Of a stretch of 64,000 nucleotides of DNA, positions 16,029 through 26,117 are shown one piece after another. The notes under the pieces were generated by a model, which saw only the letters and a program-made list of their open reading frames with translations, was not told where the DNA came from and did not search any database. Origin of the DNA: an archaeon (lineage in GTDB: Archaea > Nanobdellota > Nanobdellia > Pacearchaeales > GW2011-AR1); assembly GCA_018657525.1 (NCBI GenBank), contig JABHWZ010000004.1, forward strand, positions 26,245 through 90,244. The letters run 5' to 3'. Each line of letters starts with the position of its first letter. Position 1 is the stretch's first letter. Both the position numbers and the translations under genes were made by a program.

Positions 16029-17165
16029 CTAAAGACTTAACAATTGAATTTTCGTATCTGTTGTAGCGAAATTCTTTGCCACAATAACACTGCATTTAGC
16101 ATCTTCTGCAGATTTGATAATTGGTACTGTAACAGTTCCATCAATAATTATCACTGACGGAGTTTTGTTTATTCTTTTAAGAGTTCCATTTAAACTCTTT
16201 ACTGAAACAGATTTAATCTTCTCTAAATCTGAATCAAGAATTACCGCATTATCACTACCCTGGTTTTTATCTGAAAGTTCTTTTAGCTTTTTTTTATCTG
16301 CTTCTTTAAGCTCAAAGTTTTCAGACTTTGCCTTAGGTTTCGGAAGTTTGTTCTGTCTAAAAAAATCTTCAACTGAGGTTTTTTTCCTCAAGTTCATAAG
16401 AATTTCTTTTCCAGTTAATTCTTCCACTTCTTTTCCATCTGGGGCCGAAGCTATGTAATCAATTTCAGCATTGTCAACAACATTTTGAGAAATTAACTTT
16501 CCTCCTCTGTCACCATCAACAAACAAAGTCACTTTTTTGTGCTTTGTTAATTCTTGGACACTTTTTGGAAGCTTTGTACCATTCATAGCTATGCAATTTT
16601 TGACACCTGCTCTTAACAAGTTAATTACATCTGCTCTTCCTTCTACAATAATAATTTCTTCTCCAGAGAGGTCACCACAGGGTAACTTTTCATCTCCATG
16701 TTCTTGGACATTCGAAGTCTTTGTTGATTCTTTGATTTCATTTGAAATTTCCCTTGAATCTGTTTCATCTGAAAGTTGTTGCATCAATTTTTTTGCCCTT
16801 TCAATGATATAGTCCCTTTTGCTCCCTCGAACATCTTCGATTTGCCCAATTTCTATCTGAGCATCGCAAGGACCAACTCTCTCAATTGTTTCAATGGCTG
16901 CTGCTATTAATGTTGTTTCAGATTGATCAAGTGCAGTTGGAATCTGAATTTTGCCCATAGTCTTTTTTTCATTTCTTTCTAATTGGACTTCAATTCTACC
17001 GATTTTTCCTTCTTTCTGCAGTTCTCTCAAATCTAACTCAGCACCAAGCAAACCTTCTGTTTGCCCAAAAAGAGCACCGATTACATCTGGTTTTTCTAAA
17101 GCACCTTCTGCAACTAAATTCGCATGTACCATATATTTTATTGATACCGGACTTACTTTTGCCAT
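16029..17165 (-). CDS. dnaG: Archaeal DnaG-type primase / exosome-associated protein
   Basis: DVIGALFGQTEGLLG, VEGRADV, TOPRIM FVDGDRGG, EVEELT. Confidence 0.95.
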   Translation of the reverse strand: MAKVSPVSIKYMVHANLVAEGALEKPDVIGALFGQTEGLLGAELDLRELQKEGKIGRIEVQLERNEKKTMGKIQIPTALDQSETTLIAAAIETIERVGPCDAQIEIGQIEDVRGSKRDYIIERAKKLMQQLSDETDSREISNEIKESTKTSNVQEHGDEKLPCGDLSGEEIIIVEGRADVINLLRAGVKNCIAMNGTKLPKSVQELTKHKKVTLFVDGDRGGKLISQNVVDNAEIDYIASAPDGKEVEELTGKEILMNLRKKTSVEDFFRQNKLPKPKAKSENFELKEADKKKLKELSDKNQGSDNAVILDSDLEKIKSVSVKSLNGTLKRINKTPSVIIIDGTVTVPIIKSAEDAKCSVIVAKNFATTDTKIQLLSL

Positions 17166-17357
17166 ATTATTTTATTTTCTCCATTTAATTTATTTGAAAT
17201 CTAGGATTTCATCGGAACTTCGTTCCTTTAGAAAATATAGAACTAATTTCTTATTACTGAAATTATACTGAAAATGTGAATGTTAATTGAATAATCTAAT
17301 AATCTTATATCTTCTAATACTGATTAATATAAACAAGACTATATAAATTTTACTGAT

Positions 17358-17771
17358 TTAGCTCCCAAATAACCTACTTTCCCTAAAATGGTGGACTTTC
17401 TTTAAACAAGGAACCGCAATTTCTTGGTATTTTGGATGCATTCCTAGATAAGTCCGGTCAAGGGTTAAACTTGGCAAAATAACCAAGTTCTTCTCATCAA
17501 ACTCAAAATTTCCATTTAATCCAAATCTTATCTCTCTTTTTACCAATCTTCTTGGAATTTGGTCATTTGAAATAAAATAATATCCTCTCGTAAAGTTTTT
17601 TTTCTTAAGTTTTTCTATAATCCAATATTCTGGGTAAAAACAATAATCTCCTTCAATTATACCAAAATCTATTCTTCCTTCAGAATCAAATCTCTCGTCG
17701 CCAATAGTAAATAAATTAACTTTTTTATTTGGGATTATCAACTCTCTTAATTTGTTTTCTCGTTTTTTCAT
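17358..17771 (-). CDS. Hypothetical protein
   Basis: 137-aa ORF. Confidence 0.5.
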   Translation of the reverse strand: MKKRENKLRELIIPNKKVNLFTIGDERFDSEGRIDFGIIEGDYCFYPEYWIIEKLKKKNFTRGYYFISNDQIPRRLVKREIRFGLNGNFEFDEKNLVILPSLTLDRTYLGMHPKYQEIAVPCLKKVHHFRESRLFGS

Positions 17772-17802
17772 TAAACTTAAAAAGAAATCTCTTTTATTAA
17801 TT

Positions 17803-18027
17803 TTAGTAATTATGAACCTTTACTTGGCCAGACCAGGTATCACCAATTCTACCAAATACAACATGATTTTTATCCCCTTGATCTTGAAGCATGCCCTGAG
17901 TTTCTACAACTTGTTCAATCGTTGCATAAGATTTAACTGGTAACGCTCCACCATTTAAAACAGTTCCAACTGCGTAAGGATGTTCGTCATCCAATCTTGG
18001 TTTTATTTGTCTGCTTATTAGTTTCAT
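17803..18027 (-). CDS. Small hypothetical protein
   Basis: 74-aa ORF at the usual rps10 position but with no S10 motifs. Confidence 0.45.
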   Translation of the reverse strand: MKLISRQIKPRLDDEHPYAVGTVLNGGALPVKSYATIEQVVETQGMLQDQGDKNHVVFGRIGDTWSGQVKVHNY

Positions 18028-18085
18028 TTTGTTTACTCTAAGTTTTAATTAGTCCAAAAATCGCCTCTCTTTTTTATAAGAAAAT

Positions 18086-19369
18086 TTATTTCTTTTTAAC
18101 AATCTCAGTACACATACCAGCAGCTACAGTTTGACCAGCGTCTCTAACCGCGAATCTACTCATAAATGGATTGTCTTTTTGAGTTTCTAAACATAAATTA
18201 CCTTGAGGCTTAATTCTAACTTTTGCTGAATCTCCGTTCTTTAAGAAGTCAGGATTATCCTTAATTGATTCTCCAGTTCTTGGATCAATCTGTGCGATTA
18301 GTTCTATAAACTGGCAAGGCACTTGAGCAGTATGTATATGGAATACAGGGGTGTATCCTTTAGCTAATACTGTTGGGTGATTAATTACTGTGATTGTAGC
18401 AATGAACTCTTCAACAACTGGGCATGGTGTTGCCGCTTCGCAAATAACATCTCCTCTTGCAATATCTTTCTTACCAACTCCTCGAACATTAACTCCCACA
18501 TTGTCTCCTGCAATAGCTTCTGGCAATGTTTCGTGATGAGCTTCAATAGTCTTAATTTCTCCTTCAATTCCTTCACCAGTTCTACCTGGAAGAACTTTAA
18601 CTTTCATACCTTGCTTCATGATTCCTGTTTCAACTTTTCCTACTGGAACAGTTCCAATACCTGTGATATCATAAACATCTTGAACTGGCATTCTCATAGG
18701 TAAGTTTGAAGGTAATTCAGGGGCCGGGAAAATATCCATTTGTTCTTTTATTGTCGGGCCTTTATACCAAGCCATATTTTCTGATTTGTTAGCAATATTA
18801 TCTCCCATTAATCCCGAGCAAGCAACAAAAGTAGTTGTTTCTGGGTTGATTCCAACACCTTGTAATAATTTACCTACATCTTCTTTAACTTTATTGAATG
18901 ATTCTTCTTTGTATTCTACTGCGTCCATTTTATTAACAGCGATAGCAATATTTTTTACGCCCATTGTTCTTAATAACCATAAATGCTCTGTTGTTTGTGG
19001 CTGAACTCCACTCGGAGCTGCAATTACTAAAAAAGCAGCATCTGCTTGTGAAGCACCAGTAATCATGTTCTTTACAAAATCTCTGTGACCAGGTGCATCA
19101 ATAATTGTAACTTCAAATTTATCAGTCATTAATTTTTTATAAGATAAATCAATTGTAACTCCTCTCTCTCTTTCTTCTTTAATACTATCCATAATATAAG
19201 CGAATTCAAAACCTGCCTTACCATGCTTAGTAGCTTCTTCTTTTAGCTTTTTCATTTCTTGCTCAGAAACAGCTCCACCGTCAAACATCATTCTACCTAC
19301 GCAAGTCGATTTTCCTGCATCAACATGCCCAACGAATACAACATTCATGTTCGGTTTTTCTTTTGCCAT
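18086..19369 (-). CDS. tuf: Elongation factor 1-alpha
   Basis: GHVDAGKST, ERERGVTID, DAPGHRDFVKNMITGASQAD, NKMD. Confidence 0.98.
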   Translation of the reverse strand: MAKEKPNMNVVFVGHVDAGKSTCVGRMMFDGGAVSEQEMKKLKEEATKHGKAGFEFAYIMDSIKEERERGVTIDLSYKKLMTDKFEVTIIDAPGHRDFVKNMITGASQADAAFLVIAAPSGVQPQTTEHLWLLRTMGVKNIAIAVNKMDAVEYKEESFNKVKEDVGKLLQGVGINPETTTFVACSGLMGDNIANKSENMAWYKGPTIKEQMDIFPAPELPSNLPMRMPVQDVYDITGIGTVPVGKVETGIMKQGMKVKVLPGRTGEGIEGEIKTIEAHHETLPEAIAGDNVGVNVRGVGKKDIARGDVICEAATPCPVVEEFIATITVINHPTVLAKGYTPVFHIHTAQVPCQFIELIAQIDPRTGESIKDNPDFLKNGDSAKVRIKPQGNLCLETQKDNPFMSRFAVRDAGQTVAAGMCTEIVKKK

Positions 19370-19604
19370 GCATATCTAATAAAAAATTTAGTTTATAAAT
19401 GTTTCGATGTGCAACAAAATCTTTTTTCAAATAAATTTTTATCGTCGAGGATTTATATTTTTCCCTCGGCATTTAAAATATTTTCCATTGATTCCTTGAT
19501 AAGATTTTTATTTTTTGCCAAAAATCTAGAAGATTTTTGCAGTAGTAACTTAAAAGTGACTATTAAATAGAAACCTTTAAAAAGTAAAATTATTAGAATT
19601 AAAT

Positions 19605-20894
19605 ATGGACGGAGATAAATATAGAATAGTGATGGGGATTTATGATCGTGGTGTAGCTTTTGCATTAAAAAACGGGTTAAATTCTCATTTTAGAAAAAGG
19701 CAGATTGCCTCACAAGTTGAATTAGGTGAAACAACTACAAGTAGAGCAGTAATGACTTTAACACTTCCTCCTGGAACAGAGCTTTGTAAGAACGGATTTG
19801 ATAAATTAGTTGGTGAAAGTAAATGGTTTCCTTCGGATCTAAAAAAACGTCCCAGAAATATTCAAATAACAAAGCTTGAAGGTGCTCAAGAACCAGTTCC
19901 AGTAGAATCTACCCCTGATTATTCTAATCATCCAGAGGCAATTGCTCAGATGCAAGCAGGTTACGAGAAAAAATTAGTAGCATCAGAAAGAAGAGAATTA
20001 GACGCTTTTGAGAAAATATGCGAACTTGAGGTTAAATTAGAATCAAAACCCGCTGCTTTAGAAAAAGAAGTTATCGTCAAAAAACCAGCAATAATCACTT
20101 CCCCTCTACAAGGATTTTATTCTTTTATGAGAACATTAAAAGATGGTTGTGACTTCGCTGCAGCAGATTATGATGTTTTAAGATTTGCCGAGGGAATAGG
20201 ATTCTCAGGAACTGAAAAAAGATCGGAGTTAGTCGGAAGAATACTCGGAGTAGATTTCAAAGATGATACCGTTCAAGTTCATTTAGAAAGATTAAGACAG
20301 CAAGGTCAATCAATCAACAAAACATATCTGGATAAAGTCCAAAAAGAACTTAAAGAAAGAGAAGCACAAATTGATTTGTATGGAAAACAAAAAACTTCTG
20401 GAGTTGGAGATGAATTATTGGATGTTTTAAAAACTTACTCTGAAACAGCAAGTAAAAGAATTGGAGAATTAAATACTGAACTTGAAAATAAAAAAAGGGT
20501 AGTTGCAGAAGCAAAAGCAATTCTGCCTAGAGTAGAGGGCGTCTTAGAAAATTATGATCAAATGGTAGAAACAGCATCTAACGTTTCTAAAAGAAGTGAC
20601 ATAACAATTCAATTTCCTGTTTTAATTAACGGGTTTGAAAACCAAAATTTATTTATAACTTTGTTAAAAGCAGGGTATCAAAATTTTAATGATAGAGTAG
20701 CTGGCTTCCTGGGAGAAAAAGGTTTCGCTCCAATGGAGCCTATAGCAGAAGATTTTCTATCTTTCACAGGTTACTTAGACAAAAGAAAAACTCCGCCAAA
20801 AGTAGTGCAGTACTTTAATGAATTATTTTCTCAAGAATACTCTCCAACTGCAAGAGTCGGGTTAACTCCTAGAACAATGGCTTTCCATTGGTGA
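19605..20894 (+). CDS. Hypothetical coiled-coil protein
   Basis: 429-aa ORF, opposite strand, between fusA and tuf. Confidence 0.7.
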   Translation: MDGDKYRIVMGIYDRGVAFALKNGLNSHFRKRQIASQVELGETTTSRAVMTLTLPPGTELCKNGFDKLVGESKWFPSDLKKRPRNIQITKLEGAQEPVPVESTPDYSNHPEAIAQMQAGYEKKLVASERRELDAFEKICELEVKLESKPAALEKEVIVKKPAIITSPLQGFYSFMRTLKDGCDFAAADYDVLRFAEGIGFSGTEKRSELVGRILGVDFKDDTVQVHLERLRQQGQSINKTYLDKVQKELKEREAQIDLYGKQKTSGVGDELLDVLKTYSETASKRIGELNTELENKKRVVAEAKAILPRVEGVLENYDQMVETASNVSKRSDITIQFPVLINGFENQNLFITLLKAGYQNFNDRVAGFLGEKGFAPMEPIAEDFLSFTGYLDKRKTPPKVVQYFNELFSQEYSPTARVGLTPRTMAFHW

Positions 20895-20961
20895 TCTAAA
20901 ATATTCTCAAAATGGTTGGTCAAGCCAAGTTTGTTTCATTTTATTTTCTCCAATAAATAAT

Positions 20962-21267
20962 TTATTCTGATTGCTCAAAAAAGCTTTTCATTCTATTAGC
21001 AAAATATTCTGAAGGCCTATTTACTTCAGTTTTCATAAGCTCCTCAACGTCTTCTTGTCTTTTTTCTCCAATATCTTCAACTCTGTACTCTTCAGATTTT
21101 AGGTGCGCTTCTAATTCAGAAACACGAGCTTGAGGTATTCTAAAGATATTCTCTGGCTGACATGGCGCGCTAACAAATCCTGCTTTTTCGTCTCCTTTTT
21201 CCAATAAGAAAAAGTCTTGAGGTGAAACCCATCTATGATACGCTCTCGCATAATTTTTTTCTGTCAT
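20962..21267 (-). CDS. Hypothetical protein
   Basis: 101-aa ORF with GGAG upstream. Confidence 0.55.
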   Translation of the reverse strand: MTEKNYARAYHRWVSPQDFFLLEKGDEKAGFVSAPCQPENIFRIPQARVSELEAHLKSEEYRVEDIGEKRQEDVEELMKTEVNRPSEYFANRMKSFFEQSE

Positions 21268-21391
21268 GTTATTTTTCTCCGATTTAATTTTAGAATTCTA
21301 TCGCGATTCTATACGATCACCTTATATTTTAAAGAAATATTTAATTTAAAAATCTATTGGTTACTAACTTGTTTTTAAAAAAAGAACCCCA

Positions 21392-21473
21392 TTATTGATT
21401 CTCTGATAACCCTTCCGAAGGTTTTTGCAGAGCATAATCTTCGCAAAGGTTTATTGATTTTCTGATAAACCTT
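21392..21473 (-). repeat. 23-bp duplicate of the EF-2 3' end around a hairpin insert
   Basis: 21392-21414 vs 21451-21473, 21/23 identical; both encode GLSENQ-stop. Confidence 0.85.
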
Positions 21474-23610
21474 TTCTCTCTCTAATCTTCTTAACAATAT
21501 CGTCTTGCATCGCTGGAGGAATCGTCTCAAATAACTGGTCCATTAAACTTGAAATTCCTCGACCCTCTGTCGCTGAACGTAAATCACTTGACCATCCCAT
21601 CATTTCTCCAACTGGAAGTTTAGATTTCATTTCTGCTGTTCCAGAATCTTGTTCAACATTAATCATTTGCCCTCTCTTACTTCCAACTAATTTTGTAACA
21701 GGTCCTAAAAATTCTTCAGGCATTTCAATTAAGTGAATCTGTAATGGTTCTAATAAACTAGGCTTTGCAGTTTTCATCGCTTCTGTGATACCTTCCCTAA
21801 CTGCCGGGTAAACTTGTGCAGGGCCACGATGAATTGCATCCTCATGAAGTTTAATATCCATTAACGAAACTTTCATCCTCGAGCACGGCTCTCTTGCTAA
21901 CGGACCTTGATCAATAACCATTTCAAAAGCATCCAAAATCATTTCAATAACTTCTTGCATGTGAACTTCTCCTTTTGTTGCATCCAAGAAAACATTGCCC
22001 TTGTAAACATCTCTTAAATTTCTAACAGTATTATTTTCCCAACTCAAATCCGCAAAAGTTTCTAAAAGTTCCTTCCCTGATTTTTTCTTTATTCTACCTT
22101 CAAAAATGTCCCCTTTCTGAATCGCCTTGGCAACATCTTCTTCTAATGGTTCAATTCTAATAAAAAAACTATTATGTTTATTCGGAGATCGACCTTCCAT
22201 TGTCTCTGATTCTTTGCCAACTGTTTCTCTATAAACAATAATCGGCGGGGAGGTTTTAACTTCTAATCCTTTTTCTGTTTTAATTCTATTCTCAATAATT
22301 TCTAAATGTAATTCCCCCATACCACTCATTAAAGATTCTCCTGTCTGATCATTAATTTCGATTTTCAAAGATGGATCTTCTTTACCAACCTGTCTTAAAA
22401 CTTCAACCAGCCTTGGTAAATCTGCTGCCTTGGTTGCCTCAATTGATTTTGTAACAACCGGATCAAATAAGTGAGTAATAGCTTCGAATGGTTCCATTTC
22501 ATCTTGGCTGACTGTCTCTCCCGCAACAACATCTCTCAATCCAACAATCCCAACGATATTTCCTGCTGAAACTTCTGGAACAATAATTCTCTGAGAACCC
22601 TTGTAAACTGAAACTTGTTGAACAGTAACATTTTTCTTTGCTGTACTCATGTAAAGCGAATCACCTTGTTTAATCTTTCCTGAAAATAATCTCCCTGCTG
22701 CAACTTCTCCTGCATGTTTATCAATAACAATCTTTGTAGGCACAAATACTGGAGTTCCGTTTGCATTACATTCAATCAAATTTTTTCCTAACTCTGATTC
22801 TTTATCTCCGTGCCAAATTTTGGGAATCCTATACGCCTGAGCTTGAACTGGATTTGGATGCTGTTTAATACTCATGTTTAAAACAACTTCATGTAGCGGT
22901 GCCTTTTTTGCTAGCTCTTTCCAGGTATCATTTTCATATGCATCAATAACTTCCTTGAAAGTAATTCCATGTTCTTTCATATAAGGAAAACTCAACGCCC
23001 AATTATGAAATGCAGAACCAAATGCAACTGTTCCCTCTGCAACTCCCACCTTCCATTTTTCTTTATAACCTTCCGGTGCAATCTGCTCGATTAATCTATT
23101 GATATGTTCAATAATTTTAACAAATTTTTCTTGCATAGCTTCTGGAGTCAATTTAACTTCTTTGATTAATCTATCAACTTTATTAATAAATAAAACCGGT
23201 TTAACCAATTCTTTTAATGCCTGTCTTAATACTGTTTCAGTTTGTGGCATAACTCCTTCAACAGCACAACTTAAAACAACACAACCATCAACTGCTCTCA
23301 TGGCTCTTGTAACGTCGCCACCAAAGTCAACATGTCCCGGCGTGTCAATTAAATTAATTAAAAATTCTCCACCTGCTTCTGGAAGATCATGAACCATTGA
23401 TACCGACGCTGAATCAATTGTAATTCCTCTTTCTGATTCATCTTCATGGAAATCCAAAGCTCTTTGTTTACCTGCTGTTTCTGCAGAAAGCATTCCTGCC
23501 CCCGCCAATAAATTATCTGAAAAAGTAGTTTTCCCGTGGTCAATATGCGCGGCAATCGCTATGTTTCGAATCTTCTCCTGTTGCTTCATTAAATCTTTTA
23601 TTTCTGTCAT
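21451..23610 (-). CDS. fusA: Elongation factor 2
   Basis: AHIDHGKTT, RGITI, DTPGHVDF, NKVD, diphthamide loop HEDAIHRG. Confidence 0.98.
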   Translation of the reverse strand: MTEIKDLMKQQEKIRNIAIAAHIDHGKTTFSDNLLAGAGMLSAETAGKQRALDFHEDESERGITIDSASVSMVHDLPEAGGEFLINLIDTPGHVDFGGDVTRAMRAVDGCVVLSCAVEGVMPQTETVLRQALKELVKPVLFINKVDRLIKEVKLTPEAMQEKFVKIIEHINRLIEQIAPEGYKEKWKVGVAEGTVAFGSAFHNWALSFPYMKEHGITFKEVIDAYENDTWKELAKKAPLHEVVLNMSIKQHPNPVQAQAYRIPKIWHGDKESELGKNLIECNANGTPVFVPTKIVIDKHAGEVAAGRLFSGKIKQGDSLYMSTAKKNVTVQQVSVYKGSQRIIVPEVSAGNIVGIVGLRDVVAGETVSQDEMEPFEAITHLFDPVVTKSIEATKAADLPRLVEVLRQVGKEDPSLKIEINDQTGESLMSGMGELHLEIIENRIKTEKGLEVKTSPPIIVYRETVGKESETMEGRSPNKHNSFFIRIEPLEEDVAKAIQKGDIFEGRIKKKSGKELLETFADLSWENNTVRNLRDVYKGNVFLDATKGEVHMQEVIEMILDAFEMVIDQGPLAREPCSRMKVSLMDIKLHEDAIHRGPAQVYPAVREGITEAMKTAKPSLLEPLQIHLIEMPEEFLGPVTKLVGSKRGQMINVEQDSGTAEMKSKLPVGEMMGWSSDLRSATEGRGISSLMDQLFETIPPAMQDDIVKKIRERKGLSENQ

Positions 23611-23677
23611 CTTAATCTTTAAGAATAATAATTCTTCGGAAAATTAGTTTAAAAGGTTGTTGGTTTAGAGAAATTTA

Positions 23678-24034
23678 TTATTCCAATAAATCTTCAGGGG
23701 TTATTCCTTTACGTGCAAGGTCTTTTTTTTCTTGGGCAATTCTATCCTTGCGACGAGGAGATTTTCTACAAAATTCTGAATATTGAGAATTAAGATTCAA
23801 TTCTCCACGACTCTTATCTAAATGCGCTAAAAATTCTTTCGACATTGGAAACTCTCCCTGATAATCCCAAAGATTAATAGATTCGTCTCCCCCATAAGCC
23901 CTTGATTCACATCCCTCACATTCATAAAGAGTAGTTTGTGCATATTGTGTTCGACTATCAAATGAGTTTGTTTTAAAAATGGATTTCATTTCTCTTCCGC
24001 AATCACATTCAATTTTTGTAACTCGTTTTGCCAT
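23678..24034 (-). CDS. Zinc-ribbon hypothetical protein
   Basis: CDCG...CEGC. Confidence 0.55.
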   Translation of the reverse strand: MAKRVTKIECDCGREMKSIFKTNSFDSRTQYAQTTLYECEGCESRAYGGDESINLWDYQGEFPMSKEFLAHLDKSRGELNLNSQYSEFCRKSPRRKDRIAQEKKDLARKGITPEDLLE

Positions 24035-24080
24035 ATTAAATTAGATTACCTCTTCTTTTTAAAGATTATTATTCTGTACT

Positions 24081-24428
24081 TCAATCCTGATCAAACTCTC
24101 CTTTTAAAACTCTTTGAATTTGTTCTGAATATTCTTGATAATTTTCACCAATTGATTCTTGAGAAACCATTTCAATTTGAATAAGTTCTTCCTCAGTTAA
24201 ATAATTAATTTTTAGCATTCTAACTCGATTACTTTGAGAAACATCTAACACTTTTAGATAATCTTCATCGACAAAAGTATGAATTACAATTGAAGCATGA
24301 TAGTCTGGACGACCTCCTATTCCACAAGCTCCCTGCTCATAAACAAGATCCCCTCTCTTAATTGATTCTAATCTTTCTCTTTCTGCAAAATATTTTTTCC
24401 GTATTGCATCAAATTCTGATTTTTTCAT
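24081..24428 (-). CDS. Hypothetical protein
   Basis: 115-aa ORF. Confidence 0.55.
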   Translation of the reverse strand: MKKSEFDAIRKKYFAERERLESIKRGDLVYEQGACGIGGRPDYHASIVIHTFVDEDYLKVLDVSQSNRVRMLKINYLTEEELIQIEMVSQESIGENYQEYSEQIQRVLKGEFDQD

Positions 24429-24435
24429 TTTAGAA

Positions 24436-24693
24436 TTATTTCAATTTAGGATGAGTCAATCTCAACTCTTGAACTTTTTTATATGCTATGTCTCTTTCTT
24501 GACTTAATTCAATTTCTGTTTCATTCATTTTACGTGGATCTAATTTTCCAACTTTCCTGTCAAGTTCAGCATAATTCTTTAATGAAGAAGTATATTCAGA
24601 AAAAATACCCTTTTCATAACTATCTTGAGAACAGACACAACCAGTTAAAGTCGCTAAGCCTAAAACCGCTACAACTAATTTTCCTTTTGTCAT
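24436..24693 (-). CDS. Lipoprotein-like hypothetical protein
   Basis: Signal peptide ending in lipobox-like LTGC. Confidence 0.5.
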   Translation of the reverse strand: MTKGKLVVAVLGLATLTGCVCSQDSYEKGIFSEYTSSLKNYAELDRKVGKLDPRKMNETEIELSQERDIAYKKVQELRLTHPKLK

Positions 24694-24746
24694 GAAATTT
24701 AAATAAAAAATTACTTTAAAAGAATTATTATCCTCTATCCGTATAA

Positions 24747-25091
24747 TTATCTTACTATTTTCCTAATTTGCTCCTCTGTTCTTGAAAAAAATAAAACCTC
24801 TTCCATATTTCCATCCGTGCGATAATTGTAGTATCCTGCTAAAACTTTATCCGTGAATATGAATTCTCCAATATAGTCATCACTTTCAGAATTTATTCCA
24901 TGTCTTGAAGATAAATTTCTTAAATGAATCTCAAAATTGCCTTGCTCCATTAAATCCTGATATTGAGATTCCCCAATTTCATCTTTAATTACAGAATTAA
25001 CATCCTCACAAAGATCTGCCCATCTCTCTTCTAATTTAAGAATTTCATCTCCGCCAGTTGTGTCGTGAATTGGTTCTGGAATTTTTATCAT
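24747..25091 (-). CDS. Hypothetical protein
   Basis: 114-aa acidic ORF. Confidence 0.55.
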   Translation of the reverse strand: MIKIPEPIHDTTGGDEILKLEERWADLCEDVNSVIKDEIGESQYQDLMEQGNFEIHLRNLSSRHGINSESDDYIGEFIFTDKVLAGYYNYRTDGNMEEVLFFSRTEEQIRKIVR

Positions 25092-25120
25092 TTAAATTTA
25101 GAATAAAAAATTATTTAAAA

Positions 25121-25786
25121 TTACCTCGCAGAATCAGCCTGAGATTCTGCTTCCTTTTTCTTTCGCACTGAGAAGCTTTCCCCATTATCATCTGCAGCCA
25201 TCATAATTTCTTCAGCTAATGCTTGAAAAAGTTTTTTCTTTTTTCCGAAAGCTTTATCTGATGCTCCTTGAACTATGTGCTTTAAAACAATATTAACTCT
25301 TCTCAATGGAGAAACATCAACAGCTTGAGGATATCTTGCCCCACCATATTCAATTACTGTGATTTCATCTCGCGGCGCCCCATTTTCAAGTGCCTTAATT
25401 AAAACTGCCACTGGGTTTTGTTGCTTCTTTTTTTCAATTAGTTCAAATGCTTTCAAAACTATTTTCATATTTTTATTATATTTTCCAGACGCATCGCCTT
25501 TCTCTATTTTATGTTTTTTACCTCGGTGTCCAGCATTAGAAAGTTTATTCATTAGTCTTTCAACAATATGAACTTTTACTTGACCAAGTTTTGTAACATT
25601 TCTTCCATGACTTTTAACAATTAATTTTGGAGATAAATTGATCACATTAACTAATCCTGGATCTCCAATCTTAATTTCAGAAAGATCGTATTTATCAAAA
25701 ATTTTAAATTGCGGAACTGAAACCCCTGCTTTTCCAGTTACTTCAGCTTCGTTAATATTCGCATTTTCTTGAATTTGTTCTTCCAT
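25121..25786 (-). CDS. rps7: 30S ribosomal protein S7 (uS7)
   Basis: IVERLMNKL, NPVAVLIKALENGAPR, YGGARYPQAVDVSPLRR; start MEEQIQ at 25786 avoids overlap with the upstream ORF. Confidence 0.95.
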   Translation of the reverse strand: MEEQIQENANINEAEVTGKAGVSVPQFKIFDKYDLSEIKIGDPGLVNVINLSPKLIVKSHGRNVTKLGQVKVHIVERLMNKLSNAGHRGKKHKIEKGDASGKYNKNMKIVLKAFELIEKKKQQNPVAVLIKALENGAPRDEITVIEYGGARYPQAVDVSPLRRVNIVLKHIVQGASDKAFGKKKKLFQALAEEIMMAADDNGESFSVRKKKEAESQADSAR

Positions 25787-25787
25787 T

Positions 25788-26117
25788 TTAATCTGATCCT
25801 CCAAATACATTAGATAATAATGATCCATCTTTTGAACGCATTAAATGAACCTCAAAATCTTCAATAGTTATTTCTTCAATATCCTCAACCTCTGCTTTTG
25901 AGAATCGTCTAAACTTATTATCTCTTCCAAGAAAATAATAGCCTACTCCTGGATCTTCTTCAACCTCTGCTGGATTTATATGATCAAAATCGTTAATTAT
26001 CCTTTTAATATCCCCTGGCTTACCATAACCTATAGTTCCATCCATAGATTCTCCTTCAGAATCAAAAAATAAAATTCCTTGTCCCAAAACATCTTCTAAT
26101 CTAATTTGTTCTTCCAT
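25788..26117 (-). CDS. Hypothetical protein inserted between rps12 and rps7
   Basis: 109-aa ORF starting MEEQI like rps7; 17-bp direct repeat at 25772-25788 and 26103-26119. Confidence 0.7.
   Translation of the reverse strand: MEEQIRLEDVLGQGILFFDSEGESMDGTIGYGKPGDIKRIINDFDHINPAEVEEDPGVGYYFLGRDNKFRRFSKAEVEDIEEITIEDFEVHLMRSKDGSLLSNVFGGSD

Noticed and set aside
17803-18027. rps10 expected downstream of tuf
   Set aside because: The sequence lacks S10 motifs (GP.PLPT, HKR.I).
25787-25828. N-terminal extension of S7 (MDHYYLMY...)
   Set aside because: It overlaps the upstream ORF; the duplicated MEEQI start at 25786 is better supported.
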